Positions 38,348-47,973 of a stretch of 64,000 bases of DNA are shown piece by piece (position 1 is the stretch's first letter; each line of letters starts with the position of its first letter). Both the position numbers and the translations under genes were made by a program. The DNA comes from a virus (Duplodnaviria; Heunggongvirae; Uroviricota; Caudoviricetes), in the IMG/VR virus record IMGVR_UViG_3300009177_000029, positions 41,064 through 105,063 of that record; one strand, written 5' to 3'. A model generated the notes under the pieces. That model did not search any database, was not told the origin of the DNA, and saw only the letters and a list, made by a program, of their open reading frames with translations.

Positions 38348-39310
38348 TCAGCGGCTAGCTACCTTGCGCAATAGCGCGTCGGAGAGCTTACCCGTTGCGT
38401 CATACCTGAGAACGTCCTGTGGCGTAGCCTCGGACTTCTTGACAAGCTCAAGAAGACGCTCGGATACGATTGCCTTGCTCAAGCCCTCGCCTTCGCCTGC
38501 GTTGCCGTCAAGCGGAGCGTTGGACTTGTTGATCGTCTGCTGCGACTTTGCACCACGTGCTGGGGCAGCTTCGATCTGCTCGATGCGCTGTGCGTGGAGC
38601 GTGAGAACTTCACCAAGAGTTGCGAGGCTCTTTGCGAGGTTGTTCTGGCTCTCAGCGTCATCTGCTGCGGACTTCGACACTGCCGTTACTACACGGTCAG
38701 TGATACGAGATTCCATCGCCTGTAGCGACTTGTGCATTACCTGGACGAAACCAGATAGGAACTCAGACACTTCGAAGCCTGGCTTCGTTGCGGAGTTTTC
38801 CTGCACGTTGTCAAGAAGGGACTTGTTGACATCGCTCTTCTCAAGGGCCGATGGCTTTACCATGTCCTTGATCTGCTTCTTGTCTTCCGCTGCGTCAGCG
38901 TGGGACTTGTCCATGTCCTTCTTGTCGTCCTTGTCGCCGTCCTTCTCCTTGAGGAAGTTCAATCCGCCCTTGGAGACGAAATCAACTTCACGGGCCGAAA
39001 GAGGCTCGGACTTCGAAAGCTTCGACATGATGCTGGAAGCAATAGCCTTCGCCATTGCCTTTGCAGACGTCAAGTCAGTGCCATTCGAAGAAATGCTGTC
39101 TTCCCAGCCTTCACCGCGCCACGAGGAACCTGCCCAACCACCTGGATCGGAGTTCGCTGCCGTGTGGAATAGCTGAGTTGGTCCGCCCACACCAGTCATC
39201 GCTGGAACTGCCGTAGTAGCAGTACCCGTCGAGCCGTGGCCCTTTGCGAGATCCTGGAGGGCAGCCATTGCCTTCTGGAGATCAGTAGAATCAATCTTCT
39301 TGTCGCTCAT
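38348..39310 (-). CDS. Scaffold-like protein
   Basis: Helical, many xxK(S/A) sites, between protease and capsid. Confidence 0.7.
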   Translation of the reverse strand: MSDKKIDSTDLQKAMAALQDLAKGHGSTGTATTAVPAMTGVGGPTQLFHTAANSDPGGWAGSSWRGEGWEDSISSNGTDLTSAKAMAKAIASSIMSKLSKSEPLSAREVDFVSKGGLNFLKEKDGDKDDKKDMDKSHADAAEDKKQIKDMVKPSALEKSDVNKSLLDNVQENSATKPGFEVSEFLSGFVQVMHKSLQAMESRITDRVVTAVSKSAADDAESQNNLAKSLATLGEVLTLHAQRIEQIEAAPARGAKSQQTINKSNAPLDGNAGEGEGLSKAIVSERLLELVKKSEATPQDVLRYDATGKLSDALLRKVASR

Positions 39311-39313
39311 TGT

Positions 39314-40072
39314 TCACTCCTGTCCAAACATGCCAAACGCCACGGAGACGATTGACTTTACTGCGGCCTCGTCAGTAAGGCCGGTTTGACTCTTCACAAC
39401 CGCACATGCTTCGTCGTACGTTAGTGACTTCGCAACAGTCACATTCTTTTCGTTACCCTCAAGGCTAACTGGTACTAGAGGTGAACTTGCTGCGCTAATA
39501 GCCTTTTCAGCAGGTTCCTTGTTCTCAGATTCCTTTTCCTTCGCCAAATCCCACTTCTGAGCATTTAGCGACTTTGCGATTTCTGCCCACGTAGCAGTAT
39601 TCACTGGCTGCGTGGTGATTGCGATGTCTTGAATCCAGCACTTTTCAATGGTGTTTCCGTTACGACGGACAACCTTGCCCTGGATTGAAAATCCGACCTT
39701 ACGGTCCGACTGAGACGCTTCGAGCGAGTTCATCAACTCCCAATACTCATCAGCTCTCTGCTTGTCCTTGAACAAGAACCCCTTTACCCAGAGCCCATTC
39801 TTGGTGAGCTTAGCCTCAGTTGGCTGTCCGATCTTTGCGTCCGGACCTGGCTTGTGGTCATCGTTGAAGTATCCATCCTTCAAGAAGTGAGAGAAGTCAA
39901 TGCCCGCTTGGGAAATGATCTCACCTTGTAGATCGCGGCCGTCAGTCGAAGCAATGCCCTGAATCCAGCGCTTGCCTGACTTATCAGCACCCTTCTCGCC
40001 GCCCTTTACGACGACCATCTTAGCGGGTACAAAGCAGTGGAACGTATCGTTGTCGGTCCAACCAGTCTTCAT
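39314..40072 (-). CDS. Prohead protease (HK97/herpes fold)
   Basis: IQGIAST..RDLQGE, GYFNDDH, GLWVKG, VGFSIQG, IAITTQPVNTAT. Confidence 0.92.
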   Translation of the reverse strand: MKTGWTDNDTFHCFVPAKMVVVKGGEKGADKSGKRWIQGIASTDGRDLQGEIISQAGIDFSHFLKDGYFNDDHKPGPDAKIGQPTEAKLTKNGLWVKGFLFKDKQRADEYWELMNSLEASQSDRKVGFSIQGKVVRRNGNTIEKCWIQDIAITTQPVNTATWAEIAKSLNAQKWDLAKEKESENKEPAEKAISAASSPLVPVSLEGNEKNVTVAKSLTYDEACAVVKSQTGLTDEAAVKSIVSVAFGMFGQE

Positions 40073-40154
40073 GCGAGTCCTTGAAAAGCAGTAAAGGGAG
40101 GACAAGCCTGGCCGGCTCATCACTCCCTTTATGGAGAATCTCAGTTGTGGTATT

Positions 40155-40183
40155 AGCTTAGCTGCGCTCTGCTAATGTGTCAA
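40155..40183 (-). promoter_or_regulatory. Sigma70-type promoter for protease-capsid operon
   Basis: TTGACA-N17-TAAGCT; a 9-bp hairpin (40092-40131) lies in the leader. Confidence 0.7.
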
Positions 40184-40416
40184 GCCTTTTTCATCTCTCT
40201 GATGTACAAAGGCATGTTTCGCTTCGGCGAAGACATAGACTTTAGCATGTCTTCATCTACACGCAAGGGAATCTTGACTTCTGAGTTGCAACTCTTGCAA
40301 ACAGCATAGGCGCCATCATCGCGAAACACTACGACCTTAACGCCGCGCACTTTCGTGTCGGCATCCAACGACTTGAGGATGACTTCTCCACATCGACACG
40401 AAATCAGATGATTCAT
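40180..40416 (-). CDS. Small zinc-ribbon protein
   Basis: CRCG...CKSC. Confidence 0.65.
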   Translation of the reverse strand: MNHLISCRCGEVILKSLDADTKVRGVKVVVFRDDGAYAVCKSCNSEVKIPLRVDEDMLKSMSSPKRNMPLYIREMKKA

Positions 40417-41555
40417 CTAGTTACCACCACGCGGATTGCGTCACCATCAAATGTGATGCTCTTGTTTAGCCCCTCCGCATAGTCTGCTGGAACGTCCTCA
40501 AAGCCCGGTGTTGGGTCACCTTCAATCGCGATGTCGCTCTTTGTCAACTTCTCTGGGACAGCAGCGACTTCGGACAACAAAGATGCATTGACACCGAACG
40601 TCTTGACCACGAAACCAAGCAACGCTGCGGGAGGTACGTTACCTTGTGGTGTCAGGTCGAAGCTCTTGTAAACACGGTCGAAAACCTTCACTTCCGTAGA
40701 TTGACCGTTGCGACCATAGAAGTCAATAGTCGTTGGAGTAATAACTCCATAGACCGTCTCTGCTTGGGTCGATTCTAGAGGAACCACGGACCCGGGAGCT
40801 GGGCAGCGCGACTTGACCAAGTAGAACACGTTCTCGTCAAACGAGTCACCACGATACTTGCGCGCTTCAAGACGAATCGAGTCCGGCACGGTTGGTCGGA
40901 ATCTAACCACGTTTTGACTCTTCTGGATAGACGCGGCATCCATAGCCTCCGTAGCTTCTGGGTTGAATGCAGAGAAGAACGAGTCCTTCACCAAGTCCCA
41001 ACGGTATACGTGCTGATTGTGGTCACCGTACACCAAGCCTTCGCTTGGCACACACGTGTATGATCCTGTTGGCGACTTTGCCTTGACAGATTCTGCTGCC
41101 TTGGACTTATCCTTGGCCGCCTTGTCCTTCGCCTTCTTCGATGTCGCATGAGCTTCACCGGCTGCCACATCGCCTTCATCACCCACATCCGCTACACCAG
41201 AACGTGCCCACAATGCTGGGTTCGCTGGATTACCAATGCGAGCAAACGTTTCTGCGGCTTCCTCAGGTGTTGTGTTTGGATCGATGACTTGGAAGTGGTA
41301 TGGCGCCACGTGGAAGCCAGGGTTGCCATAACCCAACATGAAGTGCAAGTTACCTTCTACCGAGCCAAGCAAATGCTTGATTGGTTCACCACCGTGCGAA
41401 GGGTGGCAACACGTGAACGAAATAGCGCTTACGCCCTTGCCAGCAAGCTGCTCTGCAATAGGCTGCAACTTAGCCCACTGGTCGAGACCCTTGGCCTTGC
41501 GTGCCTTCAATAGAGGTTCCCAAGCATCAAAGATGCTAAATACATCAGAGTTCAT
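40413..41555 (-). CDS. Putative internal head protein
   Basis: 380 aa, multiple LxK(S/A) sites. Confidence 0.6.
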   Translation of the reverse strand: MNSDVFSIFDAWEPLLKARKAKGLDQWAKLQPIAEQLAGKGVSAISFTCCHPSHGGEPIKHLLGSVEGNLHFMLGYGNPGFHVAPYHFQVIDPNTTPEEAAETFARIGNPANPALWARSGVADVGDEGDVAAGEAHATSKKAKDKAAKDKSKAAESVKAKSPTGSYTCVPSEGLVYGDHNQHVYRWDLVKDSFFSAFNPEATEAMDAASIQKSQNVVRFRPTVPDSIRLEARKYRGDSFDENVFYLVKSRCPAPGSVVPLESTQAETVYGVITPTTIDFYGRNGQSTEVKVFDRVYKSFDLTPQGNVPPAALLGFVVKTFGVNASLLSEVAAVPEKLTKSDIAIEGDPTPGFEDVPADYAEGLNKSITFDGDAIRVVVTR

Positions 41556-42844
41556 TCTGGTACCTCATCGTCAGGCGCAGCCTTTGGTTGGTCAGCCTTG
41601 TCATCTGGGTGGCCGGGCTGTTGTCCTGGTTGACCAGGCATCTGCTGCTCTTCCTCTGGGCGTTCCTGCACTTGCTGCTGTTCTGCGGCCTGCGCACCAA
41701 CTACGTCTGCAATCTGCTGTTCCTCTGCTGGTGAAGTGTCGTGCATAGGCTCAAAGTGCAACCACTCGGAGAACTCTTTCTCGTCTTCACGCAAGCTGGT
41801 CAAGTCAGAGCGAATGATAGCCACACCAAAGTCATCTGACACGAGGTGCTGCAACCCCTTCATAACACCGACTTCGTAGTTACGCATCAAGGCTACACGA
41901 ACCTTGTAGTCCACCAAGTAGTGAACGTCATCTCTCGTTCCGAGAGTACGTGCAAGCTCGTCGAATGCCGTAGCTTCTACGTCTTCCATAGGAATCTGCT
42001 GGAAAGACAAGCGATTCATGATACGGGAAAACAAGTGAGAAGCATTCCAACTGAGCAAGAACTTCGGGCTGCAACGCACAGAAGCGAACACAGAGTACAA
42101 GTAGTTCAAGCCTACTGGCTGCTTACCGTGAACTGTGTCCATCTGGAACAGTGGCTCCACTGGCGCGCGCTGAGCTACCAAACTGGTCATGAAGTCGTAG
42201 AAGGCTAGATCACACACAAACTTGCGACCCAAGATCATCACGACCTGATCGATGAACTGTACATCGCCAACGGTTGCGTTGACCAGCTCCTCTACTTCAA
42301 AGAAGCCTTGCTCAACAAGCATGATGATCGCGCCGGTAACCTTGTCCTTGACATGTTGCCCCGCAAACAGCTCTGTTGCGTACTTGCGAAGCTTCGCAAG
42401 GTTCGAATCCACAACACGAAGTTGAAACTGGACATAGAGGTCCAAGTTTTCCTTCACGTCGGCGTCTAGGTAAATATACGCCGGACGCTCGCCACCAGAC
42501 ACCACTTCGAACCAAAGGTTTCGTGGGTCATTCTGGTTGTAGGCTGGGTTGCGCATAGGCGTAGTGCCCTGAGGTACAGCCATCGAGAGTTTGTATCCTT
42601 CGGGTGAGAAGAACTCGGTATTCTTCTCAGGCACTGGCTGCTCTGGGTCCATCAACGGCAGCCCCACAAGCGGGTCATAGTCCGGATTGTCCACAGGCGC
42701 ATTTGTGTAGCGATAGTAGTTGCCAAGGCTATCACGGTACCAGTATTGATACATAGAGCCATACTCACCAGACTTGAAAATGTACTGGTGTGCTGCGTCA
42801 GTTGAGGGCATTCCGAATGCCTTCTTTATCTCAGCAAAGCTCAT
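41552..42844 (-). CDS. Topoisomerase IB-like protein, catalytic residues apparently lost
   Basis: VPQG...DP...RPAYIY, KDKVTGAIIMLVEQG, SPKFLLSWNAS, ELARTLGT..HY follow TopIB motif order, but the catalytic Arg residues are absent. Confidence 0.55.
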   Translation of the reverse strand: MSFAEIKKAFGMPSTDAAHQYIFKSGEYGSMYQYWYRDSLGNYYRYTNAPVDNPDYDPLVGLPLMDPEQPVPEKNTEFFSPEGYKLSMAVPQGTTPMRNPAYNQNDPRNLWFEVVSGGERPAYIYLDADVKENLDLYVQFQLRVVDSNLAKLRKYATELFAGQHVKDKVTGAIIMLVEQGFFEVEELVNATVGDVQFIDQVVMILGRKFVCDLAFYDFMTSLVAQRAPVEPLFQMDTVHGKQPVGLNYLYSVFASVRCSPKFLLSWNASHLFSRIMNRLSFQQIPMEDVEATAFDELARTLGTRDDVHYLVDYKVRVALMRNYEVGVMKGLQHLVSDDFGVAIIRSDLTSLREDEKEFSEWLHFEPMHDTSPAEEQQIADVVGAQAAEQQQVQERPEEEQQMPGQPGQQPGHPDDKADQPKAAPDDEVPE

Positions 42845-43118
42845 CGTTCACCTTGTATACGTCTATCCCGAAGTGGTCGGGATTCTTAACCAAAACGCCA
42901 ACGTCAGTCAGTTTCCTCAATGTATCAGGTCTGACCAGCTTGAGCAACTGTAGCTTCGTTACCGGCCCCAGGTTGCGAAGGTACTGCACCAGCATCAGGT
43001 CCACCGGAAGGAGGACTGGTGGCGGGCTGTCCGGTCTGTGGCTCTTCGCCAGCAACTTCTCGATCTTCTCCTTGTCCTTGATCGGATCCAAGTTGTTGAG
43101 CTGCATCTTGCGTGTCAT
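42831..43118 (-). CDS. Small winged-helix-like protein
   Basis: LMLVQYLRNLGPVTKLQLLKLVRPDTLRKLTDVGVL; GGAG SD. Confidence 0.55.
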   Translation of the reverse strand: MTRKMQLNNLDPIKDKEKIEKLLAKSHRPDSPPPVLLPVDLMLVQYLRNLGPVTKLQLLKLVRPDTLRKLTDVGVLVKNPDHFGIDVYKVNDELC

Positions 43119-43413
43119 ATGACTCCAAGTAGTCCTTCAAGTAGCCCTTGATTTCCAAGCGATGACGACGCGCATCAATATCCGTTGGATAGCCTGGCCA
43201 GATTTCGCCCATGATGTCCTTGAGAATCTCAGGGTCCATAATAGGCAACAACGCCATGAGCTTTTCAATGCCCTCTGGCGTCTCAAGGTCAAAGTCATAC
43301 ATGGACTTGCGAACCAACTCGCGCGTGGTCGTAATACGACCAACCGAGAGATTGAGCATCTTCTCGGCTGCGTCATTGTCAAACGAGTCTTCCAAGCCTT
43401 CCAGTACGATCAT
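42925..43413 (-). CDS. Hypothetical protein
   Basis: 162 aa; C-terminal third overlaps next ORF. Confidence 0.6.
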   Translation of the reverse strand: MIVLEGLEDSFDNDAAEKMLNLSVGRITTTRELVRKSMYDFDLETPEGIEKLMALLPIMDPEILKDIMGEIWPGYPTDIDARRHRLEIKGYLKDYLESYDTQDAAQQLGSDQGQGEDREVAGEEPQTGQPATSPPSGGPDAGAVPSQPGAGNEATVAQAGQT

Positions 43414-43661
43414 ACTTCTTGACCCTTTTCATCCACGACTACCTTGCGGCAGAACATGTATCCGTTGGAGAAACGGTATGGTAGCACGTTTAGGAAGTCT
43501 TCTCCATCAGAGAAGCGCATACCATTGATTTCTTCCTTGCGTAGACGGGACAAGAAAGACTCTTTGTTTGAGCGAATGTGCTTGCCGTCCCACCACACCA
43601 GCGCGAGCGTGGATTCATCCTGGCCAGACACGATCTTGATTGCGTCGAAGTGCTTGTCCAT
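43410..43661 (-). CDS. Small hypothetical protein
   Basis: 83-aa ORF with SD GAGGT. Confidence 0.65.
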   Translation of the reverse strand: MDKHFDAIKIVSGQDESTLALVWWDGKHIRSNKESFLSRLRKEEINGMRFSDGEDFLNVLPYRFSNGYMFCRKVVVDEKGQEV

Positions 43662-43676
43662 AAATCCAGTATTACC

Positions 43677-46406
43677 TCACTTGTCGAGCTTGTCAATCGG
43701 AAACTTGGCAGCCGGATCAATCCAGAGACTCTTCGTTACGGCCTTCTTCGCAGGCTTGACCGTCTTCACATCCTCTACTGGCGCAGAAGGTGCAAGTTCC
43801 GTCTTGCTAGTACCGATTGATGGCATACTTGGTGCAGTACGTAGTGGCTTTGGGGCTTCTGGCTGCTTCTTGTTGTAGCGACTCTCGAAGCTCTCGCACT
43901 TCACACCCTTGTACGCAGGAATACTATCCCAATGGCTCTGGTGATCCTCAGACCCGTGGTAGTCCTTGTCATGGATGCGACCAGGCTCGTGAAGTGGCAT
44001 TTCCTTTGCCATACGTTCAAAGTCTGCGTGTTCGGGCGAATCCTTCTTTGCCAGGCCCTTGTTGATGTAGTCCTTTGCAAATGAAGAGAACAACTGGTCA
44101 GGTAGTTGACCTTCGTCCTTCGTCTTGTTGTAGTTGTCCAAGCGGTCCATGATGCTATCTGCACCTGGTTCACCAAAGCTTGCACCAGGACGAGGCATTG
44201 GGTTCTTGCCTGCGCCTTGAAGAATGTAGCGTGTAGTCTCTGGTGGGATGTATCCGTGGGTTTCCTGCAAGTGCGATACGTACTTCTGTCGAAGATGCGT
44301 CTGCATAACCTGCCAAGGCTGCAATCCAGATCCTTCCATTGCACGCTCTGTTGCACCCAAGCTGTTGGACTTGAATCGCGTCATGAGGTGGTCTGGCACT
44401 GTCAGCGGCTTACCAGCAGCTTCCATACCGTAATGGATGCCGTTCTTGTGTCCCTGCATACCAGATGCGAAGGACAAGCCGTGGTCGATACCAACAACAT
44501 CAGAGTGGTCTTTGTTGACCACTAAGTTACCCATGTGGCGGTCGTTGTTGTTCATCACCATGTCCATGACCGCAAGCTCACTCATCTTGTTGTCAAACTT
44601 TTCCTTGTCTGGTGCAGCCGTGCGAAGTGCTTCATACGCATTGTTCGTTTTGTTGTTCGAACGTGAACCAGACATATTGGCGTCAGGCGTAGCTACCGTC
44701 TCCTCAGTGCCGAAGGACGCAGGAAGATAGCCATCCTTCCACTGCTGCAAGCTCGTCTCGCCCTTGTGTGTGCCGTGTTCACCAGTGCCAAGGCGTGCAA
44801 CTGTAGGTGGTACGTGTTCAGTCAAACCAAGGCTGTGTGCAAGATTCGATGCACCAACCTCCGACTTGTGACCAGAATCACGAGGCATGTTCGCTGCACC
44901 GTCTGCCCATCCGCCACCCTTGTAGATAGCCTCAGGAAATACAGGCGCAGGTTTCATAACTCCGGAACCGTTGCCTACAATCGTCACCTTGTGACTTACG
45001 TGCTGTCCTGCCAAACCTTCGGATGACAAGTTCTTCGCAGACCCGATGTCGCCCTCGGACAAGTGCGTGAGGGTCACGTCACGTGCGTGTGGTGTGCCGT
45101 TGTACGCAAGAGCCGTTGCGTCCATTGCCTTGTGCTGTGCTTCGATAGCATCTGGTGTTGTTGGCTTGGCACCACGCATCATAGCTTCCTGGTGCTTTTT
45201 CATGATCGCACCACCAGGCTTGTGCATCGTTGCCCCATTGCCGCCATGCTTCATACAGTCCGCGCCACCACCGAACGGACACGAGACATACATCGGACCG
45301 CCACCAGAGCCACCAGGCGTGCCTGAGCCTGGCTTTGGCAAACCGCCCGACGGACGACCTGGACCTGCGTGATTGCCCGGTGCAGCGGCACCTGGAAGCG
45401 ACGGCGTACCTGTGCCTTCCTTCTGATTCGAAGGAGCACCCTTTGGTTCTACTGTTGGTGAGATTCCACCCGAGACGCCAGAGCGTGCCTTTGCCAAGTG
45501 CTCTGCAAAGAGCGACTTGTTGAGCATCGAGAGCTTACCATCAACCCAACCATGTCCTGGTGGGACGTACACAATCGAACACCCACAACTTGGATGTAGT
45601 GGTGGCAAGGTGGTCTTCCAGTGCGTATGTCTACCGTTCTGCTTTGTGTGCGTGACGTCACCATCAGCATTCGAGCCAGCGCCCAAAAGTGTGGAGAGAC
45701 GAAATACACGTGGTTGACCATCAGCACCTGTGTAGTGGGATGTACAGTCCTCACAACAAAGTTGCCCTGGGATGACGCTTACCATCGACTCTGGACCGTC
45801 TGATAGCGCGTAGATACCGACCTTGTTTACGATAGCTTGTGCAGAGCCAGCTACCTTCGCTGCTTGCATAGCCGTTTCAGCCACAATCTTCCAGTTGCGG
45901 CGTTGGCCTGTCTGCAAACGCGATGCCAGGTTAGACGCAAGATCTTGTGCAGTCTTCCTGTAAATGATGGCAAGCGCGGTCTCGTCCGCTACTGTTTGGG
46001 AAACTACCGCCTCAGAGACTGCCTTGCCTAGCACTTGCGATAGCGAAGTATATACACCGTCTGCGATGTCCTGTGCAACACCCTTCATTTGCTGTCCCGC
46101 ACGAAGGCGAGCCTGTTCGACTACCAGCTCTTCGAGCGGTGACAACTTGTGTTGCGATTGAACTTCTTCGTAGTTGAGGTAGCTGTATTCACCGCGCTTG
46201 TAGAGCGCGCGAAACTTGCCCAAAAGATATGACTTGTCCGTCAAGTTCAGCGCTTGACCCATAGGAAGCTTTCCGTACTTCTTGAGTTCGGTTACTTCTG
46301 TTGGACTTAGCGCTGACTCTCCCAAGGTCGCGTATACAAGCCAGTTGGCATGGAGCCTAACAACGCGCTTTAGCTCCTGCATCTTCTGGGAGAACGATTG
46401 GGTCAT
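43677..46406 (-). CDS. MuF (SPP1 gp7-like head morphogenesis) protein fused to PI3/PI4-kinase-like domain
   Basis: CCEDC...LPPLHPSCGC (MuF); GVMKP, SEVGASNLAHSLG, SLQQW, DMVMNNNDRHMGN, GIDHGLSF (kinase). Confidence 0.82.
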   Translation of the reverse strand: MTQSFSQKMQELKRVVRLHANWLVYATLGESALSPTEVTELKKYGKLPMGQALNLTDKSYLLGKFRALYKRGEYSYLNYEEVQSQHKLSPLEELVVEQARLRAGQQMKGVAQDIADGVYTSLSQVLGKAVSEAVVSQTVADETALAIIYRKTAQDLASNLASRLQTGQRRNWKIVAETAMQAAKVAGSAQAIVNKVGIYALSDGPESMVSVIPGQLCCEDCTSHYTGADGQPRVFRLSTLLGAGSNADGDVTHTKQNGRHTHWKTTLPPLHPSCGCSIVYVPPGHGWVDGKLSMLNKSLFAEHLAKARSGVSGGISPTVEPKGAPSNQKEGTGTPSLPGAAAPGNHAGPGRPSGGLPKPGSGTPGGSGGGPMYVSCPFGGGADCMKHGGNGATMHKPGGAIMKKHQEAMMRGAKPTTPDAIEAQHKAMDATALAYNGTPHARDVTLTHLSEGDIGSAKNLSSEGLAGQHVSHKVTIVGNGSGVMKPAPVFPEAIYKGGGWADGAANMPRDSGHKSEVGASNLAHSLGLTEHVPPTVARLGTGEHGTHKGETSLQQWKDGYLPASFGTEETVATPDANMSGSRSNNKTNNAYEALRTAAPDKEKFDNKMSELAVMDMVMNNNDRHMGNLVVNKDHSDVVGIDHGLSFASGMQGHKNGIHYGMEAAGKPLTVPDHLMTRFKSNSLGATERAMEGSGLQPWQVMQTHLRQKYVSHLQETHGYIPPETTRYILQGAGKNPMPRPGASFGEPGADSIMDRLDNYNKTKDEGQLPDQLFSSFAKDYINKGLAKKDSPEHADFERMAKEMPLHEPGRIHDKDYHGSEDHQSHWDSIPAYKGVKCESFESRYNKKQPEAPKPLRTAPSMPSIGTSKTELAPSAPVEDVKTVKPAKKAVTKSLWIDPAAKFPIDKLDK

Positions 46407-46411
46407 GCAAC

Positions 46412-46420
46412 ACTATATCA
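46412..46420 (-). promoter_or_regulatory. Extended -10 promoter, candidate leaderless start for MuF gene
   Basis: TG-A-TATAGT, 5 nt upstream of ATG; no SD. Confidence 0.4.
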
Positions 46421-46819
46421 GGAACCCGACTTTGCGCCAGCCTTTGCCGCGAAACGTGCGATTGCTGCATTCATTGCTGCTACCGACTTCGCCATTTCCT
46501 GATCTGGCTTAGCTTCTGCTTCCTTGCTCTTGAACGCAATGTACGACTTGACGGTCGTCATTGGATCCTCTGGCTGCTGCTTTGGCAACTGAGGGCGTTC
46601 TGCATACTTCTCAACAAGAGAACCCTTGGTGATGTACAACGCAGGGTCTGCTGGACGAAGTGCGGAAGGACGCATTGGGGTGAGTTGCGTACCATCTTCG
46701 GCACGCTGACGTTCGATAGGCGTCAAGCTCTTCACTACAGTTGGGGCTTCAACCATAGGAAATAGTTCGTTCTGGAACTCGGGACGCAAAGGCTTTGGGC
46801 TCCACCAGGTCATGTTCAA
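46418..46819 (-). CDS. Putative internal head protein
   Basis: VVKS, MAKS sites. Confidence 0.6.
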   Translation of the reverse strand: MNMTWWSPKPLRPEFQNELFPMVEAPTVVKSLTPIERQRAEDGTQLTPMRPSALRPADPALYITKGSLVEKYAERPQLPKQQPEDPMTTVKSYIAFKSKEAEAKPDQEMAKSVAAMNAAIARFAAKAGAKSGS

Positions 46820-47022
46820 TCTTCCTTGTCTAGCAGGATTCTGCTCACTTCTTCTTGCAGGTTGTTGATGGCGAGGTCAAACACAGACTCTGCTCTACGA
46901 ATCAACTCACGTTCTGCGGGATTCTCCAACTCAATCTCGGTCTGCTGGCTCTTTGAGAGCTTGATGAGACCATGACCTACTTTGTTCAACTCCGCGGGAG
47001 TTAGGTTCGTCTTCACCTTCAT
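46816..47022 (-). CDS. Small putative head protein
   Basis: 68 aa, coupled ATGA overlaps, LSKS. Confidence 0.6.
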   Translation of the reverse strand: MKVKTNLTPAELNKVGHGLIKLSKSQQTEIELENPAERELIRRAESVFDLAINNLQEEVSRILLDKED

Positions 47023-47633
47023 GAACGAACTGCCAACCTTCCAGGGTCGCCACCGCCACCCAAGCCAGCGTTGTAGCTCATCTCAGCCTTCAAGTGGGCT
47101 GCCACTAGAAAACGTACGGCATCAATCTCGTGTGGTGCCAAGCGCATGTGAACTGACGCCATAGAATCTACCAATCCAGCGTCTACGAACATGTAAACAC
47201 CTGGGAAGAAGACAGACAACACCATCTTGTCTAGGTCGTTCAATGCATCCGTAGAATCACATGCACGATGCACAGCGTCCACTACGACATGCTTTGCAGC
47301 TTGCATATCTAGAGAGGAGTCTATGTTGCGACGGAACAACACGTTGCCTAGGTTACGATCACGTGGTGCACGGAACTGAGGGTGCATGTCCTCTACAGGC
47401 GCAGATTCGGTCTGGTTGTAGTCAGTGCCCGCGCCTGCGTGACCACCGGAAAGAGCTTCACTCTTGGCCAACTGGTCAAGGTCAAAGCTGCCTTCGTTTG
47501 GCTGCACAGTGGCAACACTCTTGACGATCAAGGCAAGAGGACGAACAGCGACTTCCTCAGTCTGAGACTTGAGAAGTGCTTCGTTGGACTCTAGGAAACG
47601 TACTGGTACACGTGGAAAGTGTGACATGTTCAA
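47019..47633 (-). CDS. Putative internal head protein
   Basis: LLKS, IVKS, LAKS sites. Confidence 0.6.
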   Translation of the reverse strand: MNMSHFPRVPVRFLESNEALLKSQTEEVAVRPLALIVKSVATVQPNEGSFDLDQLAKSEALSGGHAGAGTDYNQTESAPVEDMHPQFRAPRDRNLGNVLFRRNIDSSLDMQAAKHVVVDAVHRACDSTDALNDLDKMVLSVFFPGVYMFVDAGLVDSMASVHMRLAPHEIDAVRFLVAAHLKAEMSYNAGLGGGGDPGRLAVRS

Positions 47634-47971
47634 CCTCTCACAAATAGGCGTAGAGACTTCTCAGTCTTTTGGGAATCCTTGGGACTGAGTAGGTTCGAGT
47701 GGTGCTGCTTCTTCGTGCTTTCCTCGTGTTCCTTCTCAACCTTCTCTTCTAGCTTCTTACCGGAGCTAGACTCCTTCTTCTTGCTGCCCAAGAAGCTGTC
47801 GTACTCTTCTTGTGTCTTGAAGTAACGGTAGCGTGGGCTGCCATCGGCTTCTGTGCCAACCTGAGCACGAGCAACGTATGCACCTCCGCGCTGTTCACCA
47901 GACTTGCTTGGTGCAGCGGGCTTGTCTGAGTTCTCAGACTTTGCAAGGTCTTCGCGGAGATACAGTCTCAT
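47630..47971 (-). CDS. Putative internal head protein
   Basis: Start trimmed to MRLYLREDLAKS; GSPRYRYF motif. Confidence 0.6.
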   Translation of the reverse strand: MRLYLREDLAKSENSDKPAAPSKSGEQRGGAYVARAQVGTEADGSPRYRYFKTQEEYDSFLGSKKKESSSGKKLEEKVEKEHEESTKKQHHSNLLSPKDSQKTEKSLRLFVRG

Positions 47972-47973
47972 GA

